Source: Barthelona sp. PCE (lineage: Eukaryota). From it: 64,000 nt of DNA. Where the stretch lies: contig JAUFOR010000006.1 in assembly GCA_040285745.1 (NCBI GenBank), positions 1-64,000 on the forward strand, read 5' to 3'. The position numbers and the translations under genes were made by a program. Shown piece by piece: positions 14,615 to 25,146 of the stretch (positions within the stretch are counted from its first letter, which is position 1; each line of letters opens with the position of its first letter). The notes beneath the pieces were generated by a model, which searched no databases, had not been told where the DNA came from, and worked only from the letters and a program-made list of their open reading frames with translations.

Positions 14615-15882
14615 CCCCCGCCGTTTACGAGTGCTTCAGCATATCACTACACATTCACAAAAAAACATCGCACTGGGCAGAAATCACATTGCGTCAACGT
14701 CGTTTTACAACCATCGCAATGCTGTGTTTTTTATTAAACAGTCGGGTTCCCCTTGTCCGTACCAGTTCCAAGTTAGCTGTTAATTGTGATGAAACGTTCC
14801 GTAGAACTACCAAAACCCTTTTAAATCGTAAATAAGACGTCCACTGAAAACCCCGAAGGGTATCTATAGCTATCGAATTGTCAGATATGTCCAGATTAAG
14901 GCTTCGATCACTCAGCCCTTAGAGCCAATCCTTTTCCCGAAGTTACGGATCTAATTTGCCGACTTCCCTTACCTACATTCATCAATCAGACCAGAGGCTA
15001 CTCACCTTGGAGACCTGCGGCGGTTATGGGTACGCTGTATTATAAAGATCATCCATTGGTTTTTCAAGGATCGTCGAAAGCGCACCGGACAGACGAATTG
15101 TCTGCTCGTGAGTACATTTATCCATATCTCCAGCTGAACTGCTTCCATGGAAATAGTACTTTGAAAGAGAAGAAAACTCTTCCCGGAACTTCCTACAATG
15201 TCACCAATTTCATTCGTGTTACCACCTACTACATAATACAGTACAGGAATATAAACCTGCTTCCCTTTCGATAGGAGTGCACAAAGCACTTTTGATACAG
15301 AGTTAACCTATCTCTTAGGACCGACTAACCTATGTCCAAATACAGTTGACATAGAACCCTTCTCCACTTCGGCCTTCGAGGTTCTCACTCGAATACTTGC
15401 TACTTCCACCAAGATCTGCACTAGAGACTGTTCCAGTCCGATTCACATCGTAACCTTCTTAACAAATCTCCACGCCCTCCTACACATTGGAACTTACATT
15501 GATTGTTCCAATGGTGGAGTATAGGTAATACGCTTGAGCGCCATCCATTTTCAGGGCTAATTGATTCGGCTGGTGAGTTATAACACACTCCTTAGCGGAT
15601 TCCAACTTCTATGGCCACCGTCCAGCTGTCATAATCAAACAACACCTTTTATGGGATCTAATGAGCGTATATTTAGGCACCTCAACTCCACGTTCGGTTC
15701 ATCCCGCATCGCCAGTTCTGCTTACCAAAAAATGGCCCACTAAGAGTTCTGATTCTACATCCAAGTTCAAATTAAGTAACATGGACTGCTTGCCCGTTCA
15801 AAGTTTGAGAATAGGCTGAGGTCATTTCGTCCCCAGTACCTCTAATCAGTGGCTTTACCAGACAAAACTCATATGAACTCCT

Positions 15883-15922
<40 letters not shown>

Positions 15923-16904
15923 CGATTCGATTAGTCTTTCGCCCCTATACCCAAGTTTGACGATCGATTTGTACGTCAGAACCGCTTCGGACCTCCACCT
16001 GAGTTTCCCCAGGCTTCATCCTACTCAGGCATAGTTCACCGTCTTTCGGGTCCCAAACAACATGCTCCAACTCCATGGATTTGCCAAAGCGCCTCCCGGG
16101 TCGATTGTGCACCTTACAGGTTCCAACCTCAGTGGACTTGGTCCACCTTTACTTTCATTTCGCGTATGGGTTTAACACCCAAACACTCGCATGTTACTTA
16201 GACTCCTTGGTCCGTGTTTCAAGACGGGTGAGTTAGCACCCATTACCATCATCTTGATTGAAGCAAATTACCATCTGCCTACTAATTAAACAGTAACTCA
16301 ACACAAAGTGACGACTAAACTGAATAACTTCGCTAGCTTATTGCAACCTACAGACAATCTCGTTCCTCTGTCTCCGTTGAATATACTCGAGGTCTATAAA
16401 GATCCGAAGATCCACCTTTCCTCGTGAGCCAAACAACATGAAACAGATGATAGTGACTAGTATGGAAACCCATACAATCAGAGTACTAACACCTTCCCTT
16501 TCAACAATTTCAGGTACTTTTAACCCCTCTCTTCAGAGTACTTTTCATCGTTCGTTCACACTACTTATTTGCTATCGGTCTTCCAGAAATATTTAGCTTT
16601 AGGTGATGCTTACCACCCACTTAAGACTCCAATCCCAAAGAGCCCGACTCTTAGAGCTAACGGGTATTTACTTATCAGCGACACAAACGGGACTATCACC
16701 CTCTATGGTATACCGTTCCAGGTAACTTAGTGTCGCATCCAAATAATCCGAAAGTCTATATGCCACAACAGTTCCATACGGAACTTTTAGGCGTGAGCTT
16801 TTCCCTTTTCGCTCGCCGCTACTAGGGGAATCGCAGTTGCTTTTCTTTTCCTGCGCTTAGTAATATGCTTAAATTCAGCGCGTTCTCCTACTTGATTTGA
16901 GGTA
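13487..16904 (-). rRNA. 28S (LSU) rRNA (unit 3)
   Basis: Conserved LSU motifs; near-identical to other units. Confidence 0.96.
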
Positions 16905-17036
16905 AAATATTAAAGACTTAACCCAAAGTGGTCTTTTGCACATATGCTAAGATTCACTATGAAGGGAGATATTTCATTAAAACATATTTCTATGTTAAAA
17001 CAGTCCAACAACAGAATTGTTGTTATAATAAATATT

Positions 17037-17179
17037 ACGCTCAAACAAGCATACCTCCGAAGAGGTGCAATTTGCGTTCAGAAATTTGATGATCAACAGG
17101 GTCTGCAATTCACATTACGTATCGCAGTTCGCTGCGTCCTTCATCGATCTGGAAACCAAGACATCCATTGTTGAAAGTT
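17037..17179 (-). rRNA. 5.8S rRNA (unit 3)
   Basis: Conserved 5.8S motifs. Confidence 0.95.
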
Positions 17180-17318
17180 ATCATGGTTAATTATCTTACA
17201 TATGTAAGAGATATTTTAGGTTATATAGTATAAAAAGCAAACATCAAAGATGTTTTCTAATAATTACACAATTTGTTTGTATTTAAGAGTACAACGCAAT
17301 GTTGTCTCTTGAATTTGC

Positions 17319-17461
17319 TATTGATCCAACCGAAGGTTCACCTACGGTTACCTTGTTACGACTTTTCCTTCCTCTAGATGATAAGACACACTGAACTTTT
17401 CACCCAACTAAGTATTGCTACTGTGCGTTGGCGCGATCCGAACATTTTGGCACATCATCCG

Positions 17462-17505
<44 letters not shown>

Positions 17506-17945
17506 ATCAGCGTGCGCTAATGACACACACTTACTAGGAATTCCTTGTTCATGACCCATAATTGCAAAGGTCAATCCCAACATCACGATGTCTTTTTAAA
17601 GATTAGCCAGGCCTCTCGACCAAGCTATTGCTTATTGACGACATCAGTGTAGCACGCGTGCGGCCCAGGACATCTAAGAGCATCACAGACCTGTTATTGC
17701 CCCAACCTTCCTCCAGATAAAACTCTGGCAGTCCCTCTAAGAAGTTGGTCCATTTTGTAAAAAATGTCCAACTATTTAGCAGGATGGGGTCTCGTTCGTT
17801 AACGGAATTAACCAGACAAATCACTCCACCAACTAAGAACGGCCATGCACTACCACTCATAGAATCAAGAAACTGCTCTCAAAGTGTCAATCATTACTAT
17901 GTCCGGCCCTGGTAAGTTGTTCCGTGTTGAATCAGATTAAGCCGC

Positions 17946-18013
<68 letters not shown>

Positions 18014-19108
18014 AGAACCCAAAAACTTTGATTTCTCGTAAGGTGCTGAAGGGGTACAATAAACCTGTGCCTCCAATCCCTAGTCGGCATAGTTTATGGT
18101 TGAGACTACGACGGTGTCTAATCGTCTTCGATTCCCCAACTATCGTTCTTGATCAATGAAAACATCCTTGTCGAACGCCTTCGCTTCTGTTTGTCATTAG
18201 GAGATCAGAAAATTTCACCTCTCACTCCTAAGTACAGACGACCCCAAACTGTCCCTATTAATCATTACTCCTTCCTATGTACCAACAAAAAGGTCAGAGT
18301 CCTATTTCATTATCCCATGCTAGTGTATTCAATTGCGTATACCTGCTTTGAACACTCTAATTTATTCAAGGTAAAAAAACCATATCTAACAGACGCCCTA
18401 AGGAATCTGAAGAAAATGGTAGGAAGAACCAGTACAATAAAGATGTAATCTAACGATAATCATCCATGCACTGATTCACAAGTTCAACTACGAGCTTTTT
18501 AACTGCAACAGTTTTAACATACGCTATTGGAGCTGGTATTACCGCGGCTGCTGGCACCAGACTTGCCCTCCAATTGCTTTCTAAAGGTCTATTTACACCT
18601 AAACCATTACATGCCGGGACACATAGTGCCTACGGTTGTTATTTCTTGTCACCTTCTCCCTGAGTCAGGATTGGAAAATTTTCGCGCCTGCTGCCTTCCG
18701 TGGAAGTGGGAGCCGTTTCTCAGGCTCCCTCTCCGGAATCGAACCCTGATTCTCCGTTACCCGTCAACACCTTCGTAGGCCTCTATCCTACGAATAAGTA
18801 TGATAGGGCAGAGATTTAAATGATACGTCGCGTCAAGAGACAACGATCAGCGAATATATTATGATTCACCTAAGTCAGCTAATGAAAGCTGGGTTGGTTT
18901 AGTCTAATATATGCAATCCTTCGTGAGTTGGATTTTTGTACATGTATTAGCCCTAGTTTACCACGGTTATCCTAGTAGTAAGACTATCAAAGAAATTATC
19001 ACTGATTTAATGAGCCATTCGCAGTTTCTCAGTATAAATGATCATACTTAGACATGCATGGCTAAATCCTTGAGACAAGCATATGATACTGGCAGGATCA
19101 ACCAGGTA
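17319..19108 (-). rRNA. 18S (SSU) rRNA (unit 3)
   Basis: Starts TACCTGGTTGATCCTGCCAGT, ends GTAGGTGAACCTTCGGTTGGATCAATA; ~1790 nt. Confidence 0.97.
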
Positions 19109-20047
19109 ACTTTTTTAAAACATCGGCGAACCGAGTTCTTAAAAGCAAGACTAAAGTCTTTTTCCTAATTGTATAGACAGAAAGTCTGTGTAAGACAATC
19201 TGCTAAATCCTTTCAGATCTATCATAATTCTCTGCTTTATGCACGATTCATTTGTTACATATATTAAATATGACATCAAATGATACTAACATAAAACATA
19301 CAGCTGCTCTGACATGCGACTTCCCTTTACAGAGAAGATCACACCGATTACAGCACTCAAACATTCAACAATGTTACCGTTAAAGGTACAAATACAGAAC
19401 GTTTTTTTTCTTACTAATGTAAGAAATCCTTGTGTTCCGTTTAAAATCGGGTCTAAACCCATTTTTACTTGAACACAAGTTTATTTTATCATAAACATTA
19501 TACTAACTTACAATGTAAGCTTTCAATGACTGAGTAGAGTGTTACCACTCTCCTCAACTATACTTTAAATTACTTTTAGTACAGACATGAAAATCAAAAA
19601 ATTTAACATTAGGGCCTCTAATAAAATGACTGAAAAAATATGCATATTTTTTTAGCTTGTCAACACATTGGATTTCTCACTCATTCTAAAAATTTCTAAA
19701 AAGTACTTGTTGTCACAGCAAGGCGCGTTCACGCCTATGCTGTGACTTTATTCATCAGCTTAGACCCTCCAAGTGCACAAAAATGAAGTTAAAACGTATA
19801 AAAACGTAAAAAAAAACAACTCACAAAAACTACGGTTTTCAATATAGAACACTTAAAAAAAGTGTGATTGTTGACATTAATCAGACCTCAAACGATATTA
19901 AGTTCATTATAGGCAATATAATGATTGAAAAAAAAAAGCAAAATTTTTCTACTTTCTAAATAACCTTGCTCCTTATTCCTATAGACCTGAAAACACGTTT
20001 ACAGACCGTTTTCGTGCATTCTGACGGTTCAAAAAATGCAAATAAAA

Positions 20048-20166
20048 AGCTTACAGCACTTGGGATTCCCGCGGGCTCTCGCAACGCAGTACTAACCAAG
20101 CCCTAACCTGCTTAACCTCAGTGTTCGGGATGAGAACTGGCGTTTCCAGGTTGGTATGGCCGAAGC
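20048..20166 (-). rRNA. 5S rRNA (unit 3)
   Basis: 119 nt; typical eukaryotic 5S sequence with pairing ends (GCTT...AAGC) and downstream T-run Pol III terminator. Confidence 0.95.
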
Positions 20167-20270
20167 TGGAAATCTTAGTCGATTTTCAAAACTCGGATCT
20201 ACATACCAAAATGTTGTAAAAAAAAATCTCAAGTTCGTGGCTTCACTAATAAATTCAATGGAGAAGGGCG

Positions 20271-20334
20271 TTATCCTCTATCCTACACCTTGGATGGTTT
20301 ACTGAAGTGACAGCCTGCATGTTGGGAGGGGCAG
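20271..20334 (-). repeat. Split direct repeat B2 (3' terminus of element)
   Basis: Identical, apart from one G in a G-run, to 20706-20768. Confidence 0.92.
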
Positions 20335-20572
20335 TTAGTGGCTAACTGTCTCGCTATTGAGAAAATATGACGAAATTTTTGTAAAATTTCTTGATAAAAC
20401 TTACCTGCGTTCTTTCTGCACTAGGATATAATTTATGCAGAAGATGATGAAAGACTTTCTTGGATAATCCAGCACAGAATGTGTGCGGAGTAGTTTTTCC
20501 AAGCTCACGGAAAACAACAAAAGTTTCGAAGATTATGTCGAAAATTAACTTTGGTTTTTTTTGTCTTTTTAA

Positions 20573-20705
20573 TTTTTGAATTCAGGAAAGAAATCGAAAA
20601 GCAGTTACTCGAGTCCGAGTAACTTAGCTAGGATTATTCTTTAACTTCACTGTGTATGTCATCTAGGTTTCGGGTGCATCAAGATTCCGATTGCCATCAA
20701 CTACA
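20573..20705 (-). repeat. Split direct repeat A2 (internal copy of 5' terminus)
   Basis: Near-identical to 26539-26676; directly abuts B1. Confidence 0.92.
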
Positions 20706-20768
20706 TTATCCTCTATCCTACACCTTGGATGGTTTACTGAAGTGACAGCCTGCATGTTGGGAGGGCAG
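20706..20768 (-). repeat. Split direct repeat B1 (internal copy of 3' terminus)
   Basis: Matches 20271-20334. Confidence 0.92.
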
Positions 20769-20805
20769 ACAGAACGAACCGTTAGACAGGACGGGTACGG
20801 ATCAA

Positions 20806-22962
20806 TCAAGATACCGCCCATTCTCGTATCTGGTTTATACTGTACAGTTCCCCCGGCATGGCGTACTCCAGGTCGTGAATATCCAGGTAATACTTATTCA
20901 TGGTTTCATTGGCGCTCCAGCCCCCAATCTGTCTGGCTGTGTCTTTGTCACCATGAATTTTGATAATATCTTGGCATCTCCCCGCTCTTATGGCGTGGGG
21001 GTTGAATCTCGCTCCAGGCGGTGCACCTATGAGGTTTGGATCGTCAAAGACGGTGTTAAACCTTTTTAGAATTTTTGCTTCCCGGTCTTTTGCTCCTGTA
21101 CCTAGGAGTAACGCGGTGCCCTGCCGCTTCGTTTCGAGTGCATGCACAATAAACGGCGCAAATACACTTTCGTACCAATATTTTTGGGGAATTGTTGCAA
21201 AACGTCCTTTTCGGCTTTTCCCTTGCGTTTTATGCTTTGGGATCATCACTGAGAGGGATTTCTCCATGCTATTTTCATGAAGAGTGATCTCAAGGTGTCG
21301 TTTTTCTATAAAATTCAATTCTCCCGATCTACAACCGAGAATGTAGTGGATCGACAGTATTTGGCAGTCCAGGATGCATTGTTCGACCTCCTGTGAGACC
21401 ATAGCACTTATTTGGTCTCGTGGAGAAAAAATGTCCTCTCGGAGCTTCATGATAGACTCATGGGCGCTCTCTTGGACGAGGAACAGCAGCCTCTGGACCA
21501 CAGACGCTCTTATAGCGCATTTATAACTGTATAATTTGGGGATTGCTCCACTTTCATCGGTTATGATCTTTGTACGCGCTGAAATGAGGTACTGCCTGTC
21601 TTTATCGCAGGCGTCCTCCCAGCAACCGGTTGTAAGCAGTCTAATAACTCTCAGGGAGCTTCTTAGAAGGGATCCGTATGTATCAAGAGTGCTACTCTTG
21701 TAATACAGGATTAGGGCTGTGTTGCCTTCGGGCGATTCGCCCTTTTCGGCTCTCTCCGCTAGGTCAGCTATGCATAAACCTACTAACAGATTGCAGTGGC
21801 TTGGATTTTTTATCCAGCCATACATCCTCCTTATTGCATTCTGATTAGCTTCAATGTACTGTCTAAATAGTTTGAGGGCGGTCCTGGCTGTGCTTAAGGA
21901 ACCTTTTCTGAAGAACAGCGCCAGGAGATCGTCAATTCTCATTGTATTGGCTGGAAACCTAAAGTGTTTCTTCACTATGAGGGGGACGTCTATCTTCACG
22001 AAGTCAGTGTCGCCCTTCCACAAGCTTCCTGCTTGTACAGCCTTTGATTTGACAGGGAAAATTTTTTCCGGGTTGATGGTAATTTCGCACATTTCTTTCC
22101 ATGGACGAACGAACTGCGATACCATACCCCACACGGGTGCAGATGGGAGAGGTTGTGGTAACTTCACTCTGATAGTAACACCGGTCCTGAGGGCCGCTAG
22201 TAAAATAATTTCTAACGCCGCTGCTGCTGACTGGGCAGGGACCATCTGTTCGACTGTGTGGCTCTCTCTTCCGATCATATCTATCTCAAACTTCGGTTTA
22301 GAGCGGGGGACTGTGTATCTTATATCTTCCAGTCCCTCAACCACTGGTGTTGTATCAATTTTGTCTTCTTTCAGTTTTAAGAAGGGTGCCGTTAACTTGG
22401 GCAGTCCCTGTCGTCTCGATACGGGCATAAAAGCTAAATCGCTTTTAAATGTTTTTCGAAACAAGTTCATTGCCCGGATGCAGCCAACTGAGCGGCCGCT
22501 CTTGTCCTGTTTTGCTCTCGCTATGAGGGGGCTGGTATGGCCCGGCTCATAAGCGCTTGGGACGACAGAATTTAGAATTATAATCTCCTTTGGGGGAACG
22601 AGCTCTTGAAGGAATGTTCCCCTCGATTGTTTCCAGCAGACTGGCTCTCCACGTGAGGCCATGTCCGGAAGGTGATTAAGTACAGAGGGAACGTAAATCG
22701 CTTCCACAACAAGGTCCTTCTCTTGGCAGAATCTTGCCAAGGTCCGGGCAGCATCGTTGAGGACGGTATTGCGCGACGTTAGTTTGTTCGTCGCAGCTAC
22801 CACATTAGTGTTATCGCAATACCAGACGAGATATCCATTGGATAGTTTGGACCCGAGGCTGTGCAGCATAGCCATCAGGGGTTCCATCTCCGCATGAGCG
22901 ATCGACAGTTTTGTTTTCTGGATCGCTTTCGCTTTATCTTTTGCTGACAGCATGTTCAGCAA
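20806..22962 (-). CDS. Retrotransposon RNase H + tyrosine recombinase (C-terminal part of pol; frame open upstream to ~23163)
   Basis: RNase H motifs LISDAA (in frame, upstream of the called start), SIAHAE, WYCDN, YVPSVLNHLPDMASR; YR catalytic motifs GCRSGEL, PKHKTQ, PHAIRAG, GGW, MNKYY. Confidence 0.92.
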   Translation of the reverse strand: MLNMLSAKDKAKAIQKTKLSIAHAEMEPLMAMLHSLGSKLSNGYLVWYCDNTNVVAATNKLTSRNTVLNDAARTLARFCQEKDLVVEAIYVPSVLNHLPDMASRGEPVCWKQSRGTFLQELVPPKEIIILNSVVPSAYEPGHTSPLIARAKQDKSGRSVGCIRAMNLFRKTFKSDLAFMPVSRRQGLPKLTAPFLKLKEDKIDTTPVVEGLEDIRYTVPRSKPKFEIDMIGRESHTVEQMVPAQSAAAALEIILLAALRTGVTIRVKLPQPLPSAPVWGMVSQFVRPWKEMCEITINPEKIFPVKSKAVQAGSLWKGDTDFVKIDVPLIVKKHFRFPANTMRIDDLLALFFRKGSLSTARTALKLFRQYIEANQNAIRRMYGWIKNPSHCNLLVGLCIADLAERAEKGESPEGNTALILYYKSSTLDTYGSLLRSSLRVIRLLTTGCWEDACDKDRQYLISARTKIITDESGAIPKLYSYKCAIRASVVQRLLFLVQESAHESIMKLREDIFSPRDQISAMVSQEVEQCILDCQILSIHYILGCRSGELNFIEKRHLEITLHENSMEKSLSVMIPKHKTQGKSRKGRFATIPQKYWYESVFAPFIVHALETKRQGTALLLGTGAKDREAKILKRFNTVFDDPNLIGAPPGARFNPHAIRAGRCQDIIKIHGDKDTARQIGGWSANETMNKYYLDIHDLEYAMPGELYSINQIREWAVS

Positions 22963-23098
22963 GTCGATGAGTTCATTCTTGGCAAGATCATTGCCGCCTA
23001 CACTGCGAAGTAGCAGGTGCTCAAAACAGGTTTCGTCAACATCATCCGTTGCGAAAGCTGTGCCTGCGATACCTATTTTCTCTTCACTTACAGCAGCG

Positions 23099-23632
23099 TC
23101 ACTTATTAGGACCCACTTTTTTTCTGGTGGAAAGAAGGGGTTGTGGTGGAAAATCGTGATCGGCTAAACTCGCAAGGGTACAAGCGAGGTGGTGTGCCTC
23201 GTTTGTACCGATGAATCCAAGTGGAGACCCGCTGGTAGGGTCTGTTGCCTTTGGCTGGGCCTCGATCTGGCCGTGTTCATGATGCTGGACCTCCTTCAGG
23301 TCTTGGTCGCCGATCGTGAGCGATCTCGTCATGAGCCACTTGGTTATTTTTCTAGGAATGCCATCTTTATCCTTTAGTGCTTCGTGTATGATGGCATTGA
23401 TCGTAATGGCGGAGGCATGTAGCTTTCTGCTAGCCGCCCTAAACGCCGTGCACTTCGATGCAAGTTCTACGAAGTCTTTCAACGGGATTTCCTTGCATGA
23501 TGTGAGCTTATGGGCCAGTTCTTGAGCCTTCAGCGCGATCTTACGGCAATTAGCATCACTTGGTGCTAATGCCACTTTCATATTTGGATCGTCCGGCGAT
23601 CCAAAGGTAGATGTGATGGTGAAACCTATCAC
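23099..23632 (-). CDS. Retrotransposon pol, RT thumb/connection segment (frameshifted piece)
   Basis: Frame continues the RT motif INKKK-SVEPCKKLDVIGFTI across an A8 run at 23660-23667. Confidence 0.75.
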   Translation of the reverse strand: MIGFTITSTFGSPDDPNMKVALAPSDANCRKIALKAQELAHKLTSCKEIPLKDFVELASKCTAFRAASRKLHASAITINAIIHEALKDKDGIPRKITKWLMTRSLTIGDQDLKEVQHHEHGQIEAQPKATDPTSGSPLGFIGTNEAHHLACTLASLADHDFPPQPLLSTRKKVGPNK

Positions 23633-23634
23633 AT

Positions 23635-25068
23635 CTAATTTCTTACATGGTTCGACAGATTTTTTTTCTTGTTGATAGTGATATCCAACCAGAAACAGAT
23701 TAGCTTGAGCAGACGCATGGCGTCGCTAGCACTACGGTATCTGCCTCTTCGATCTGGGGATTGCCATCCGAAAACATCGTCTATGTAGGCCCATAGTTGG
23801 TAACCTAGAGCACGCATAGGTGCTAGGGCTAGGTTCATCAACGCTGAGAATATAGCGGGGCCAAACGTGACTCCGAAGCACAACTTTGTGCACCGGTAAA
23901 AGCCGCCGTTGAGGGAAAATGTAAAGAACTTTTGAAAGTCTTCCGCAATGGGGATGAGATGGAAGCCGTTGGATGCATCGATGGAGAACAAATCATCGTT
24001 CGGGTTTACCAGGTTAAATAACCGCACCTTGGGCAGTTCCATTGGGAACATGTTAAACATGTCGTTAATCGGGGTGCAATCAGTGATAATTCTTATATCA
24101 CTTATTGAGACATCTTCGAAGCACTCCTCAATGTCTTCTCGACCGGCCCAGTCTTGGCTGAGGGCATCAATGGCCGATTGTTCGATGCCTTTGGGCACCA
24201 CACCGATTTTAATAAAAGCTGTTTTTACGCCAACAGGGAGTTTCGACATTTCCGACACTGGGTCATGATCCAGCTTAACAAAGGCGTCGCTTTTTTCTAT
24301 CTTTTCCTGTACTAGGAGGGAGATGCGTGATCCATCCTCAAACCAGTTTTCTTGTGGACCGTTAAACGGTTCTTTACGGATTTGAGAAACGTTTTGATTG
24401 CTCATGACGTGATGGGCGCTTACTCCGTGCGTCAACATTGATTGAAGGTTGGTGGAATGGCCAACACTCAAGCCTGCGATTTTTGCCAAAATATCGATGC
24501 GTTGACGGGTTCGACGAGGCGCATATGGGCTCGTCTGTATCGTATGCTCCATGAATTCCTCTGCCTTGTCTAGATCTATTTCTAGCTCCCGTATTTTTAG
24601 GCCGGGGATAGCGTCCATGAGAGACGCTGGCGGAGCTGGCTCAGCCCAACCAGATAGGTTGGGGGCCTGTATACCTACCGTCTCACTCGCTCTACGCTGG
24701 GGTTCCTCAATGCTGGCTGAGATTGGCCTGGCATTTTTCTGTACCGCAACGTTAAAGGCGGTTTTGAACCCCTCAGCACTCAGAGTAGGTTCTACTGGAC
24801 CTACAACTGGGGAGACGCGAGGTTTTGATGGTGGTGGTGGAGGTGGCAACCCCTGAACAGGTTCTGGTGCGATAGTGTGGGATTTTAGGGCTGTGACGCG
24901 CGCTATGTCCATGTATAGGTCCCTATCGCGGATGGCAGCCGCTAAATCTGCCTTAAGTTTGGGGATAATGGCGCTTTTTTGTGCTTCAGCTTTACGCTTT
25001 CTGCGCTTTTGATCCTCCAAAAGATCTCGGATTTCGAGAAGGGTATCGTCGTGTGGGTCCAACGGCAC
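23635..25068 (-). CDS. Retrotransposon reverse transcriptase (DIRS-type) with N-terminal coiled-coil/Pro-rich region
   Basis: RT motifs RIITDC, FSIDASNGFHLIPI, YRCTKLCFGVTFGPAIF, YIDD. Confidence 0.93.
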   Translation of the reverse strand: MPLDPHDDTLLEIRDLLEDQKRRKRKAEAQKSAIIPKLKADLAAAIRDRDLYMDIARVTALKSHTIAPEPVQGLPPPPPPSKPRVSPVVGPVEPTLSAEGFKTAFNVAVQKNARPISASIEEPQRRASETVGIQAPNLSGWAEPAPPASLMDAIPGLKIRELEIDLDKAEEFMEHTIQTSPYAPRRTRQRIDILAKIAGLSVGHSTNLQSMLTHGVSAHHVMSNQNVSQIRKEPFNGPQENWFEDGSRISLLVQEKIEKSDAFVKLDHDPVSEMSKLPVGVKTAFIKIGVVPKGIEQSAIDALSQDWAGREDIEECFEDVSISDIRIITDCTPINDMFNMFPMELPKVRLFNLVNPNDDLFSIDASNGFHLIPIAEDFQKFFTFSLNGGFYRCTKLCFGVTFGPAIFSALMNLALAPMRALGYQLWAYIDDVFGWQSPDRRGRYRSASDAMRLLKLICFWLDITINKKKNLSNHVRN

Positions 25069-25146
25069 CTCACAGTGCTGTGGCGACTCGACGCGGGTGG
25101 AAAGCCTCTCAACTGGGTTAGATTTACAAGCGAGAGACTCGTCATC

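Noticed and set aside
20275-20286. 12-nt match CCTCTATCCTAC between repeat B and 18S (18780-18791)
   Set aside because: Short, same-sense, and not at the insertion site; plausible by chance.
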